A stretch of 64,000 bases of DNA from Kondoa subrosea (GCA_039545335.1 BCIN01000009.1:496001-560000), one strand, 5' to 3'. Shown: positions 1 through 13,900, counted from the stretch's first letter. Notes: generated by a model not told the origin, from the letters alone. Program-made: numbers and translations.

Positions 1-967
1 CGACGAATAGTTCCACTTTACTGAATTGATGTACCCTATATAACCCTCTTGACTCTTTGCCTCTCGCACCAGCTTCAGCTCTATACGCTCTACCAAACCC
101 AACCAATTTCCGTGGTAAATCTTTCTCATTCAGAACCGATTCTGAGAAATAACCGGCCAAAGGTATTTCAGCCGTTCCAGCCAAAGTAAGTGAATCAGAA
201 TTATCTTCTTCAGAGTTGACTTGAATATGATACGATTGAGAAGCGCTTTCGTCTCGAGGTTGGAAACCACATCTTTCGCTGTATTGAGTTTTCGTCACAT
301 CGGGTGTCATAACTGGAGTGAAACCTTCTGCTATTGCTAATGAGACTGCATAGTTGGTTAGAGCTAGCTCTAAGAGTGCCGCTTCGTTGAGGAGGAAGTA
401 CCATCTTGAACCAGTAACTTTTGCTCCAGCTGCGAAGTCAATCCAATTGAGTTGTTGCGCTACAGACAGATGATCTTTGTGTGCTTGTGCTTTGAGAGAA
501 GAAGGTGGAGAGCCAGAAGTACGGATTGTTCGACAAGCGTCGTAGCCTCCTTGTGGTGTATTGGGATGAGTTGCGTTTGGTAAACCTGCCAGTTGATCCA
601 ACAAAGAGGAAGATTGCGTCTTCTCTTGTTCTGCCAAATTAGCAGCCTGTTTGCTCAATGACGAAGCTTCTTCTATCACTTGCTGTCGTTTACTTGCTTC
701 AAGTGAGGTCTTGAGAGATTTAGTCAAGACGTTCTGACGAGCTCTACACTCTTCCATCAAGCGTGTGGTCTCTTTAGATTGTACGTGAAGTGCCTTCAGT
801 CCTTCTAAATGCTCCTGGCTCAAGGGTATTTTGCGAAGTCGACATGTTTCTGCTAGTTTCGCTGGATCGTCCAATATGGACAGATCAAGCTTGATAGGGC
901 CAAGTCTGGCTAGAGGAGTACTAGAGAAGCATCTGTAGATTTGCCTTGCTTCAGGTGCAAGAAGCAT
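1..967 (-). CDS. DIA4: Mitochondrial seryl-tRNA synthetase (3' end runs off the window)
   Basis: Manual translation gives a presequence-like start MLLAPEARQIYRCFSSTPLARL, then LPNATHP, DHL...GAKVTGSRWYFL, LAGTAEIPLAG and RAYRAEAGARGKESRGLYRVHQFSKVELF (class II SerRS motif 2). Confidence 0.9.
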   Translation of the reverse strand, partial: MLLAPEARQIYRCFSSTPLARLGPIKLDLSILDDPAKLAETCRLRKIPLSQEHLEGLKALHVQSKETTRLMEECRARQNVLTKSLKTSLEASKRQQVIEEASSLSKQAANLAEQEKTQSSSLLDQLAGLPNATHPNTPQGGYDACRTIRTSGSPPSSLKAQAHKDHLSVAQQLNWIDFAAGAKVTGSRWYFLLNEAALLELALTNYAVSLAIAEGFTPVMTPDVTKTQYSERCGFQPRDESASQSYHIQVNSEEDNSDSLTLAGTAEIPLAGYFSESVLNEKDLPRKLVGFGRAYRAEAGARGKESRGLYRVHQFSKVELFV

Positions 968-1185
968 GCAAGAAGGTCGTCAAGTTGCAACCCAGCAGTA
1001 ATTACATAAGACAAGAGAGAAGTATGGTTGCGGGATCATTCAAGCAGCACAACATTTCCTTCTGAATGCCACATAACAGCAATAACCTTTCTATGTACAA
1101 AGCTTTTTCTTCAAGTATCCACAGTATTTCCTTTGACATATTTGATGACGATGACAAGTCCTATGAGTTTCTGCAGTGCGACCCT

Positions 1186-3599
1186 TCAATCCGAAGTGCA
1201 CCAGTACTGAAGCATCTTCTGGAAATTTGGTGTACCGACTACAATCGGATATGAGCATGTTTAATGCAAAAGGTCGCAGGCACCTGCTTACATCCAGTGA
1301 CGGCATCCCAGCCTTCTGTTGCCGGGAAACCGGTGGTGTTGCAACCCTGAGAAGCACCAGAGGTCTATAGCAATTGCTCATTAATTGGCGAAACAGCAAG
1401 CACAGGTTATAGCACTAACGATATCGTTCAAAGCTTGATATCCCTTGCTGTACAGGAGGGGATTCTGTAACTCGGGGTAAGAGACCGGAAAGCAGACTTT
1501 GAGTTGGGAAGAACCCACTAAGAAGCCTAGAACCGACTTATTTTGCGACAAAAGATGGTCGTTGAGCAAAGCGACCACAGAAGCAAACATAGGTGTAGAA
1601 GCCGAAGTACCATCGACAGGGAGATCTGTGCCATTCCAGTAGATCTTGTAATCTTGACCTTGGGCAGCGACGTCTGGTACAGCTCGACCAGATGCGTTGT
1701 AGAGACCAGCATGCAGATTTCCGATTTTGGCAAGGTAGCCTTCTACAGGGTATTTCTGATAGTCCGGTCGAGGGAAGTAGTTAGAGAAGGACCCTATACC
1801 GCCAACAGGATCAGTGGAAATCAAAGGCTCGCCAAAGATCCAGCATACCGCCTGAGTAGAAGGTGAATTGGGAGTTTGTGTCATTTGCTGCTACTTCAGG
1901 TGCGAAGTTCTTGGTTGCGCCAACAGAAGTCACGTATGCTAGGCTTGAAAGGTCAGTAAAGGTCGAAATCTGGTGAATGAAGAATAATCACGGCTACAAG
2001 TCTCGTATCAGTATTTCGAGCTGAATGCATATCATGTACATACCATGTGCTCGGGAACTCTGGCAAGAACGTAGGAGTCATCTTGCCATCGTTAGTAAAG
2101 CAGTCCCCGTCTGCTCCCACACCGCTATCGCCCTGCAATAACAGTTATTAGCGGGTCGAGTGTCTTTTGATGACCAGCAGAACCGCTTACAGAGCCGAAG
2201 AATAAGGAAGAGCCTCGAGCGCCGAGCTGCGCAAAGCCAGAGCATACCCGCTTGGCGTATGAATAAGGTACAGTTTGCTCGTCGTCGTCGTAGCTAGTAG
2301 TAATCACACTCGGCAGCGAGCTGAGACCGAGAGCATAATTGATAAAGTCGATATACGGCTCGTTGGTGTTGCTAGTTGTCAGTAAATCTGGCTTGAATTC
2401 TTCCGCCATGCCGCCGGTCGAGACGAAAGTGACGGGAGTTGGATAGGTGAAACCGACAACCTGATGAAAAGAATTAGCCCAAGTCCTCCAACAAGCCTGA
2501 CAGAATCACAGTTTGCATGTCCAGATTAGCCTCAATACCGGTGCCATTTGCCAAGTCGCTCTATGAGACCATCAAAAACGTCCAGTATCCAGGAGTGGGA
2601 AGTTCAAGCTTACAGCAGTCAATGTCTGGCGATTGTTACCACCGTTCACATTCTTTTCATGGAAGTAGAAGCCTTCTGCAGCAGGTCTCTCGTCCGCTCT
2701 TATTTAAGAGAAAAATGCAGTAGGTCAGAACACTATTGCGGAAAAAGTGTTGGCAGACCCACAGATACAGCTGTAGATCGGAGCGGATGGCAGTCTCGTT
2801 CAAGTATCCCGTAACAAAAATGCTGTTGCGATCTGTGCATTTCGGTACGTAATTGACAGTGCCGTAACTGAAAACAAAGAATATCAATTACCGGTCCGTG
2901 AGCAACAGGAGCGAGAACTCACAAAGTGCGCAAACATTCCAAGGTGACTAAAGAAGTGTTGCATAGACCATTGACGTATAAAGGTGCTTGATCATCAGCG
3001 TTGACTGGCGCGGCCTTGGCGTACTTCAGCTGCGATCTTAGAGCTTTTGTACCAGGGAAGTAGGTAGTAGGCGTGACCAGATCGATGTGCTCGTGCAAGA
3101 ATGTAGGTAGAGAGTAGCGCTCAGTTCTCAAAACGGTGTCGCCAGTAATCGCGTGCTCATAAAGAGAGTATTTAGTATCGAGCAAGCGTTCGACAACCGA
3201 GACAGGGAGAGACAGATGGATCCAATCTTGACCTTCCGACATACCACCATGAGCTGGATTAATGCCATGAGAGAAGAGCCAATCGTGAGCAGCGCTGACT
3301 GAATCTTCAGAAGGTGCGATGTAAGCGAGCACCTGTTCTTGAGACAGATGTTGACCGTAGCGAGAGGAATTAGGGTCAGATACAGCGTAGAGGTCTTCGA
3401 GCAGAGCATCTTCGTTGGCTTGCTTCAGACCGATACGCAAAGCGATGAGCTGATCTTGGGGAGCATCTGATATGCGGACCCAAGCAGGAGGGGCTTTGAA
3501 GGTTTCCTTGACAGCCGGAACCCAATTGCGCTTGCCTAAAGGTTGTCTAGCATTGACGCAAAGGGACAAGACAGCAACAAGCAAGAAAGAGGTCTTCAT
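1186..3599 (-). CDS. Secreted S53 sedolisin / tripeptidyl-peptidase (multi-exon)
   Basis: Signal peptide, pro-kumamolisin domain (VSDPNSSRYGQHLS), TTSYDDDEQ, GDSGVG, GRAVPDVAAQG, catalytic GTSASTP, and C-terminal GFPATEGWDAVTG/GTPNF. Confidence 0.93.
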
Positions 3600-4190
3600 C
3601 TCTGCTGCAGTCTATTGATCAAGGTAGAGAAAGGGAAGCTCGAGAGGAGGAGGAGCACATGAAGACGGCACACAGATTTAGAATTGACTTTGCTTTTTGT
3701 GGATCTGGAGTGTCTTGGCTATTAGCGCGTGTGTACATCGAGATCGCGCAGCAGAATGAGTAACGCATGAACGACACGAGCAGGACAGACTATGACATGA
3801 AGGTGACATGAAGTAGACCTGCCCAAGTTGCTGCTGGATAGCCATGATGTCGAGCGGACTATGAAGTCACGGTGTTTCCACCATCAATGGCTCTTGTTGT
3901 GCTCGAAGACCGCTTGACAGTCTTGCTGGTGCATATTTAAGACGCCAACTTCTTGAAACTTCGCATTGGATTGATTCCGTCTCTATTGGTCTTTGTTCGG
4001 TTACGAGTGTCTCTTTTCTTTCTCTTGCTGTGAGGTAAAACTGGCTCGCTTCCGTTATTACACTCGTCGCACCGTACATACGAGGGAAATAACTACAACC
4101 TATTGTGTCCGGTCAGAGTTTGATGTACGCCTCTACTCTATGCAGACTGTGATCGAGTACAGAGTGTTAATGTGTAATATGGTTTTAAAG

Positions 4191-6469
4191 ATCAAGATGC
4201 CTTCATTCAAGAACTTGAATATGCCAGTAAGCGATCGGTTCTCAAGACCATTCAATCACTGACGCACCAACACAGGAGCCTTGTGAGCGCTGAAGGAACC
4301 GCCGTAGACTCTGTCTGACATCTGTACAAGCTGCCAAAGCCTGGTGCGTACAAGCAGAAGGAGGTAAGGCCACATATAAAGGCATTTATAGCAACTGAGG
4401 AGTGTGCGTATACAGAGAATCTCGGTACTGGACCTCTGGGAGACAAGAACCGAGGTTCTTGCGTCACACATCAGCGTACTGAAGAAATGGTTGCATACAG
4501 GCGCACAAGAGAAAGTAGGCAGTACCAGCTAAATATCTCACATAGCCTGACTCAAGGCATAGGCGAGATGCAGATGATCGAAATGGAGAAACGTCAGATT
4601 GAAGAAGAAAAGCATCGATTGGCTGAACAACATGAGAGACAATTACTTGAGCAAGAAATGCATTCTCAACTGCGCGAAGAGGTACGCCGAGTGTTATCTA
4701 TCGCATTTACTTTCGCTAAGTATGTACCAGTTGGTAGCAACCGGCAAGTCAAAGATGATGCAGGAAGCGGAAGAGCGACTACACGCACTGAGAGAAGAAG
4801 TTCACCTAATGGAAACAGCTCAAGTAAAGATCAGCGAACGAGATCAAATGTTTGAAGCTCGTCAGAAAGAGTTCGAAAAGCTACTACAAGCAAAAGACCA
4901 TGACGAGAAACTTCGTATCGCTGCTGAAAGAGAAGCTCAGAACTCTATGATGGCTCAGATGCGAAAGCAGATCGAAGAAGAACGCAACAAATATTTTTCG
5001 GAAATGGAAGAGCGTGAACGCAAGCAACGCGAAGCTCAGCAGATGTCTTTGGTGCAATATCATCGGAAAGAGTTGTGAGTCTGGATTCGTGTTCCGAATC
5101 TGAATTCAACAAGTCCTTGCAGCTCGCAAGAAAGATATTCTTTACAAGCTCAAATGGAGCAGCTGCAGAAAAAGCACGAAGCAGAGATGCGAATGGTAAT
5201 GCAAAGAATGAAGCAAAGCTCAGCTGGACCTTCTTCGCATTCTGAAAGCTGGCTACCTTGGAACGGACATCGGCCTTCTATGGGACAAAGCATGTCCTCT
5301 GGAAGTATTCCACCTTGGGAGCAAGGGAGTCATTCATCTGGCCATCGTTCTCCGCTCATGCGGTCAATGACTCAACCTTTTATGGGTGCTTTGCCAGCAA
5401 TTGGTCCACCTCCACGACCATCGTCGACTCGTTTGCCTGAGTGAGCATTGCATTAAAAATGGCCGTACATACTAATGTCCGCGAAAGAGAGGTACTCAAG
5501 CGTTTTGTCTGCGTCACAAGCGATACTATCCCTGGCTACAACATTGTTCAGATTCTCGGACCGGTTCAAGGCTCTGTTGTTCGATCAGTACCGTCTGGAG
5601 GTGGATTTTCTCATGAGGAGCGAGAACATGCCAGGATTCAAGCCCAAGAAGATCGCAAGGACTGTGTTAGCGCATTGATCATGGAAGCTATGCAGAAAGG
5701 TTGGTTTTGACTTGTTGTCACTTCAATCATTTCACCTGCTTTTAAGGTGCCAATGGTATCCTCGGTCTGAAATTCGATTGTGAGCAGACAGACTTATATA
5801 ACATAAAAGTCGCTTATTGTCAAATTCTTAGCTACGGCACCTATATCTGCTCAGCTATGTGAGATCAGCTCATACGGTACAGCCTGTATAGTGCAACCTT
5901 CAGGGAAGCAAAGTCAGGACTATAGCACGTAAGTAATTCACACCGCAGCACTTCATGTCTTACATCTTTCGCAGAGAGAAGCAGAAAAATGGCAAGAACG
6001 AAAAGGTAAGCTCTACTGATAGACAAGAAACCAGGCTCGAACTCATATATGGGCAGAACAACAACTCTCACAATGCACCGACCGATTTACAAAGCGCGTA
6101 AGTCTGCAGTACACCGATGATACTACTTGCTCAAGCCCGTATACAGCATCGATCGTGTCTTTGAAAACGCTGGAGAATCAGAAAAGGAAAAGAACAAAAA
6201 GAATAAGACTGAAAACGAGAACAGCAATCAGAATCAAGGTAAAGGAGGGAAGAAGGGCAACAACAAAGGCAAAGATCAAAACGATAAAGGAAATCCATCC
6301 GAGCAGGATTTGCGAGATGTGAGTTCCCTAATACTCTAAAATGTCTCAGAACATGTCTCAAAGAACCTCACAGCTTTGGCATAAAGTGCATCAGCAAAGT
6401 AAAGCTCCTATGAGTCCTATGATGGGAGGTCTAGGCCTGCTTGAGGGTCCCGGAGTAGGTTGGGATTAA
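4191..6469 (+). CDS. Coiled-coil protein with YbjQ/UPF0145 (heavy-metal-binding-like) domain and K/N-rich tail; true start lies upstream and is unresolved
   Basis: The spliced frame runs DQDAFIQELEYARAFCQSLV..., then an E/Q/R coiled coil, then VTSDTIPGYNIVQILGPVQGSVVRS...GANGILGLKFD...ISSYGTAC (YbjQ). A GT-AG intron at 5929-5974 leads into the tail, which ends at TAA 6467-6469. Confidence 0.7.
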
Positions 6470-6638
6470 ATAGCTTCAAGGTTTGCGGAAAGTGTACAGC
6501 ATGCATTCATTCATTCTTCTTCACGTCTCTCAACTTGAGCAGAGCACTGCAAGCTTGCACATCTGCTTCAGACAACGCTTTGTAGCTCTTTTCCGAGAGG
6601 TAGATTTTATTCAACCTTGTTTACAAAACACGACGATC

Positions 6639-9600
6639 ATGTCATTTCGCAGACCTTATCGCGCGGCTGGACAGCCTCAGCATCCACCTGTGCTTCAGAC
6701 TGCTGCTCAATTAGCTCGAAGCGAAGAGCCAGCGAGCTCAAACTATCGCACTTTGAATTGGCTCTCAAGGGATTCTGAGCTTGACGAGAGCTCGTTCGCA
6801 GGTCCTGTACATGAGCGCTCTCTACCTCCTTTACAGCACTTGCGTCCTGTAGCCTCTCGTCTTCCTCTTGCATCACTGGACTCACCACCAGCTGCAAGAC
6901 CAGTTTATCAAGATCTATCCACGCAAGGGGACTCGTATAGACATCCTTTCCAGCCTGCAGATCCCTCGTTTGAGCAAGATCAGCGTTATGCACCATTGCC
7001 ATCATCTCAGCGCTATTTGATGCAAACTGAATCTCAGCAACCTGATCTCATGTACGAATCTGAAATCCAACCAAGTCGACCCGCACCACGACAATTTCAG
7101 CCTCGTGTTCCTTCGTCTCGACCTGTTATACAGCGGACATTTCAACCTCCGCCTCGTGTTAGAACTCCTGTTATGCAGCCACAGGTGCAGACATATCTGC
7201 CTCACGAAGCAGAAGATGAGTTCTTTGATGATGGTCTTGATTCGGGTGAGTCCTTTCCTGTCTTTACGAATGCTCCATTGACTGCTTAAAACAGCTATCG
7301 GGAATCTCCCTGCTACACCTGACCGCAGTCATGCATCAGTTCCTCCTCATTATCAACCACAACCTGTTGCTTCGACTTCCTCTCGTTCTGTTCAGCCATC
7401 AGGCCCTATCGAAAGCGCTTCTGCTCGTTCTGCACCCACGAAGCACGGTGTGAAGCTTGTTGCAGTATCATCTCTGCGTATAGCATATCTCTTTACATCT
7501 GTATCTGCGCTAATAATGATCCAGCTGAACATTTTCGCTCTTTGTTCAAATACAACATGTTCAATGCTGTCCAAAGTCAATGTTTTGATACTCTTTACTC
7601 TACTTCCCAAAATGTTGTCGTTTCCAGTCCTACCGGCTCAGGTAAGACGACGCTGTTCGAATTAGCCATGTTGCATACGATCAACAACGCCGTTCCTGAT
7701 CAACCCTACAAATTCGTCTACATGGCTCCAACCAAAGCTCTTTGCGCTGAACGAGTCAAAGATTGGACCAAAAGATTAAGTCCACTGGGCTTGGTCGTTG
7801 ACGAAATCACTGGTGATATGAGCGCTGATGCTTGGGCTGCTGCCCGAAAAGCGACTTTGATCGTTACCACTTTCGAAAAGTTTGATTGTAAGCCTCACCA
7901 ATGTCGATAAGATAGTGATCTGATGACCGTTGGTAGCCATGTCGAGGTCATGGAGACTGCAGACCAAGCTCTTCAATACGATTCGACTTGTTTGTATCGA
8001 TGAAATCCATGGCTTGAAAGACGGAAGTCGCGGAGCAACCCTCGAAGTCGTCATTAGCCGTATCAAGACTTTGGGTACTAACGTTCGCCTCATCGCGTTT
8101 GTGTCCTTTTTCCCGTGGACACATCGTAAATGCTAAAGTTATTACTGCTCGTAGTGCATCGGCAACCGTGCCCAACGCGAATGATGTTGCCACTTGGATC
8201 GGTGATGGTGGTCAGCCAGATCCAGATCAAGAGATACCAGTAGCTGGCAACGGCAGCGCGAAGACTTTCGTTTTCGGGGACTCGTTCAGACCAGTGCCTC
8301 TTAAAAAGTGGGTACTACTTCCCTATTGTGCGATATTCAGCTGATTGACATAAAAAGATTCGTCTATGGCTATCCTTCAAGCAAGAATGATTTCCAATTC
8401 ACCGCGTCTTTGAACAACAAATTGATGGACTTGATCAAGCAGTATGGCAAGAAGAAGCCAGCCTTGATCTTCTGCAATACTCGTAACGGTAAGCATTCTG
8501 CTATCAAATGCCGCTGGTTTGTTTACTAAGGTCATCCGCAGCATGCGTACAAGTAGCAGAACTTCTTGCCCGACAATTCAATGAACAGGGCGGTCAGAAA
8601 CCTTGGCTCATTAGCAAACGGCAAGTTGAAGCGTTTGCCGGCATTTTGACTTGCTAAAATGTTTTCCAGACCTCATGCCAAATATGACAACTCAAAGCTT
8701 CAAGGTCTGCGCTGGCCAAAGCTCAGCGGCAGTAGCTGACTTCGTGAACCAGATCTGGCCGATGCTGGAGTCGCTTTTCATCATGCTGGTCTAAGTGCTG
8801 GCGACCGGAAACTGGTCGAGGACGGTTTCCTGCAAGGCTCAATCAAAGCACTGGTTTCGACATCGACTCTCGCTGTAGGAGTTAACTTGCCGGCATACCT
8901 CTGCATCATAAGGGGTACTTTTCAATACGCAGCTGGAGAGGGCTCCACGCCATACAGCGAGCTTGATATTCTGCAGATGTAAATCTTTATTGCTTTGTAT
9001 GCTCTCTTAATTGATATTCTTCTCAGGATGGGTAGAGCTGGTCGACCACAATTCGATACGGAAGGGGTTGTCATCATCATGACACAGCAAGACAATAAAT
9101 CTCGTTTCGAAAGGCTCGTCAATTGTCAAAATCCGCTCGAATCCTCTTTGCACAAGAACCTTTGCGAACATCTGAATTCTGAGATAAGCTTGAAAACCAT
9201 TACCTCTGTCAGCTCTGCGATAGATTGGCTACAACAAACGTTCTTTTACGTCAGACTGAAATCGAACCCTCGCTATTATGGAATGGACGGAAGCAGCACT
9301 GCTCAAACCATAGAAGAAGGCTTAGAAGAAATTGTCTTGAACAATATACAACAACTCAATTCGAGTGGTATCGTCGAGCAGAATGAAGGCTCGACTGATC
9401 TGCAATCTACCGCGCGAGGGGATATTATGGTGCGCGAGTCGTCATCATCAGATTTGATTACTCAAATCTACACTAGTCCCGCTATTGTATCCAGGTGAAA
9501 ACGTTCGACAAATTCATGGCTCTGACAGATTGTGACCAGCGCAAATTGGTGCGCTTGCTATCCTCTGTCTGCCGTCGCATTGGCTAAATTATAGGATAGC

Positions 9601-12218
9601 TCGAGACTATCTCTGGCGCTGTGGAATTTGATCAAGTCAGACTTCGAGCCAGTGAAAAACAGGTACGTCCGAGTGACAGCTTTGGTCTCCGGCTCATTGA
9701 CGAGTAGATCTACAATGCGGCAGCAAAACGGCCTGAAATCCGTCACTCTGTCCCGAAAGTCTCAACAGCCGCACATAAGGTGAGTCAAGCACGACGGTCG
9801 GAGACAGTAGATAACCGGAGACCTAGATCATGCTACTAATTCAGCTAGTGCTCGGAGCGGTCCCACTGAATGATCTCATGAAGGATGCATCCTCTGACGC
9901 GCCTGCGCCTGCAACCCAAGCTTTGCTAATTTGGAAAGATCTGAGCCGCCTTGTTCGATGTGAGGATGAAGAATCTATTCGCTTATGAGGCTGACCTGAA
10001 GATAGGTGTCGTTGACCTTGCTTGTGATCGCCAGGATGGCGGTACAGCCAAACAAGCTCTAGAATTGTTCCGCTCCGTTACAGCCAAAGCATGGGAGAAC
10101 TCACCCTGTGTGCTCCGGCAACTCTCTGGAATTGGCGAGAAGAGTGTTTGTGCCCGGCTCTTGCTTTGCTGCATGCTGACTCGTGAAGCAGATCAAATCT
10201 CTGCAAGACAAAGGCATAGTCTCGATTCAAAATGTGGCAGATAGGTCAGTCTTTGATGTGAATCTACTCTATAATAACTAACCCGCCAATGTCATAGCGT
10301 ACCTGGACGATTAGAGCTGGTGTGTACAATGTGTCGAATTTACAACGCTAATCTAGGCAGCAGATCTTGAATCGCAATGCACCGTTCGGGACAAAGCTCA
10401 AGAATCAAGCTTCGGCCTTTCCTGTTTTCCTGGTCAAAATTGATATCGTCAATGAAGTGGTCACGGAGGAAGGTATTGCAGTGACTGTCGACTGCGTTGT
10501 CGCTCTGAAGCAAGGTCCTTGCCAATCTGACTGTTTTATGCAAGTCTAAGATGAGTGTCTAGACGAGTTCCGCCCCGCTTTCAAAGCTAGAGCTCACTGT
10601 ACGGTGCTTGCTTTGACTTCCGACAACGTCTGGCTAGCGTTCAGACGCATCAGGTAAACTCCTCCTTTACATGTCGAGGCCAAACTCAATGTCAATAGGA
10701 TGGATAAATTACTGGAAGAACAAAAGACATTCTCCTTCAGAGCGATACTCATCAAACCAAGCCAGAAAGTCGTCGTTCATGTCACTTGCGAGAACATTGG
10801 TCCGTCAATATGTCTTGCGAGTAGATTACAGCTGACAAAATTGACAGCCGGTGTCGAAGTCAAAGTGTCTGCCGCACCAAAAACCGATCGATCTCAATAT
10901 CCGGTTGTGACTAGAAGCACGGCAGCCCCTCACTCTCCAAAGTTCGCATCTGCTGTATCAAGCTCTCTTGGCTCCGAAGTCACTCTCTCAACACAGAATT
11001 CTTCCAAAGGCAAGGAGCGAGCTGCAGAGACTGCGCAAGTCATAGATCTCGAAGAGCAACCCGTAGTCGCGCCTCCAACATCGAAAACCTTTGTTGTTCA
11101 CAGTAAATCTCCAGCTGCATCTGGTCCACCTCAGATGCTGCCCAACGGTAATTACAAGTGTGGTCATTCCTGCAAGCATCCTGATACTTGCAGGCACCTC
11201 TGCTGCAGGTACGTCCGATTCACTTTCCAGGTAAGATTCTTCGTTCCCTCATATATACCTGTGCGATGGCTGTGCAGAGAGGGTACTAAAAAGCCACCCA
11301 AACCAAGCAAGGCTAAGAAGAAAATCAAGAACCCTGCACCCGTTGAAGAAGAGGAAGAAATTGACGAATTGGAGGAAGACATCGACAACGAAATCATCTG
11401 TAAGGTTTGCCCGTGCCAAACGCTAGGTATTGATATTCTGGCTAGCTCTAGCAAGCACCAAAACATCTGCACCGCCAATCCAGGGCAAGAGCAAGAGCCG
11501 ATCGAACTCCAAGCAAAAAGAAGGCAAGACTTCAAATCTGGACAAGATTCTAGCTGATATGGACATGATGGATGAGAAGAAGGCTGGTATTCAGACTAGT
11601 AAACCTGCTCGGACCGAAGCTATTCCCACCTCTCGACGCGCACCCAGTCTGGATGAGTTTTTGCCTCGATTGGATCAAGTACCGGCGCCCACGATGTTGA
11701 ATCAAGCTAATGCAGAGGATCTAATGCCGTCAGAAAGTGAGAAATACTTTGATGATTTCCCCTCAGAAGCAGATTTCAACATGGAAGAACATTGGGACGA
11801 GCCAGATACTAAACTAGCAGAAGAAGCAGACGAATCACCTCCTGCTTCGCCTGAAGTCATCAAGAAAAGGATTTTGAGTGAATCTTCAGCTTCTCGTCAA
11901 CCTGGAAGCAAGAAGAAAAGGCGTATTGCTTTTTCGCCAGACATGGAAGATGATTTTGGAGTGGATTTGGATTTATCGAATGCAGATCCTTTTGCAGCAG
12001 ACGTGGATCAGATTGATTCTATGCAACTTGATGATCAGCCTGACCTGAATCAACTTGGGCCTTCTATCGATCAGCCTTTGTTCTTTCCAGATTCATCTCA
12101 AACAGCCATGGATGTAGAGCCGCAGACTGTCATTGCTGAAGAGGAGGCAGAAGAGGAAGAAGAGCATGCGCACGATTTCCTCGAATGGCTCGAGAACAAT
12201 GTAGTCATCGAAGGTTGA
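6639..12218 (+). CDS. MER3: Meiotic Ski2-like DNA helicase Mer3/HFM1
   Basis: [61 protein letters not shown], a Sec63 domain and the C-terminal [19 protein letters not shown] motif typical of Mer3; many introns. Confidence 0.9.
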
Positions 12219-12269
12219 ATGCGAATGATGCGATTATGCGATGAAAAAACGGAAGTCTATGATCAAATA

Positions 12270-13900
12270 CTAGCTGAAGTCCTTTGCATCACCACTGCTT
12301 GACTGATCAAATACCCTTATATCCTTAAACCGTTCATCCCAAATCAAACCTGACCCCGGTCGGATCAATCGCCAGCCTTGTTCCTCTCTGCGCCATCGCT
12401 TCTCTTTCCGCAGCCGTTCCACCATTAATTCGTCTTCGGTCAATGGCGGCTTGCCTTCCTTCTCGTATTTAGTCAGCTCTCTCGTGCCAGCAGCTAACGC
12501 TCGAGCCGTGGTAATCCTCTCTGCTAGCTCTTTATAATATAGATGTCTGGACTGCGCTATCCTTTCAGGCCATTTCCGTATGTTCTGTTCGAAACAGTGG
12601 TGATTAGCGCTTATAAACCCGCAAATGCCACCTCTAACGAACCTTGTCCAAGTATTTGTCATACTCTACAGCCAAATCCAAATCTTTGCTGCCACTCTTA
12701 AAAGTAATCCATTCATCCCTATCCACACTCTTCATCTTCCTATTTCCTCTATCCACCCAATCCCGTTTCATTTCCCCATCTTTGAACAACGCATGAGGTG
12801 CTGAAGGAGGTTGTATTGATCTAGCTTGATTCGAGATCAGGGACAAAGCGAGTTCACCACCTTCTTTAGCTCTGGTGTGTTCGCTGAATAAAGAGGAATA
12901 AAGTTTCATAGGCCACCACATCATGCTCCCTAATGGATGTGTATACGGTATAAGGAGTAAAGGTGCAAGAGGTGGAAGTGTAGGAGAAGGAGGTAAGATA
13001 TTTGAACCCATTGGAGCTGAAGAAGGTGATGAAGAAATTGGAATCTCGGGTGCTGAAGGAGGAGTGGATAGATCTTGTATCCGAAAGATATCTCTTTCGT
13101 CTGATTCAAACAAACCAGCTAAAGCTCGATCTTCTTCTTCTTCCAAATCTCCATTGGCTATTCGAAGTTCTCGATCGAGATCCAATGCATCCAGATAACC
13201 TTTTTTCAAAGCCCAAAGATATTCTTTCAGTGCTTGCCGACCAATGAGAACTGTTCCTCCTTGTGCTTCGTTTCGTTCGTTGACTATACGGGTATATTCT
13301 GGTTGACCTGGAATTGGTTCTGGATCAGGTAAACCTGCTTTCTGCCTTGACAATTCTTCGAAACGCCTTGCTTTGAAGCGAGCTATGAGTATTCGACCTG
13401 CACTGCCTGGTATCGCTCCATTTGTATAAGCATAATCAATTCCTCCAGCGACCAGTATTGGCTTCATATACGATTATTTAGTCCTTCTTTTTGACATCAC
13501 AAGCGAGGGAATTCACCTTGACATACTTCTTGAACCAATTGAGACTTCTATCCGTTTCTGAGTCGTCCGGGATAGTACAAGCGATGACCTCAATTTTCCT
13601 AGCTACATCTTCCGCTTCAATAGGAACCTGACTCAACGCTCTCACTCGTTCACAATAATCCTTCTTTATATCACTAGCGAGTTTCTTATCATAGAGATAG
13701 CCTGCAGCTAGAGGTGCTGCTACAAGAGAGAAAATTAAAGAACGGCGACCAGGTCGAAAGGAGAGTATTTCAGCTGTTGTTTCCAATCCAAAGAATCTAA
13801 ACCAGTATCTGTTGGCATACTTAGAAGCAGGCGGCCGCGGTAGAATGGGCTTTTCAGGTAAAGGCAAATTTGAAGTTGAAGCTTGAGGATTGTCGGCCAT
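12270..13900 (-). CDS. TIM54: Mitochondrial inner-membrane translocase subunit Tim54
   Basis: TM segment followed by YLYDKK...DYCERVRALSQVP...RKIEV...WFKKYVKPILVAGGIDY, and IGRQALKEYLWALKKG; two introns. Confidence 0.88.

Noticed and set aside
5955..6469. Separate small gene starting MSYIFRR
   Set aside because: That ATG lies in a good GTAAGT...CGCAG intron that joins this region in frame to the upstream YbjQ gene.
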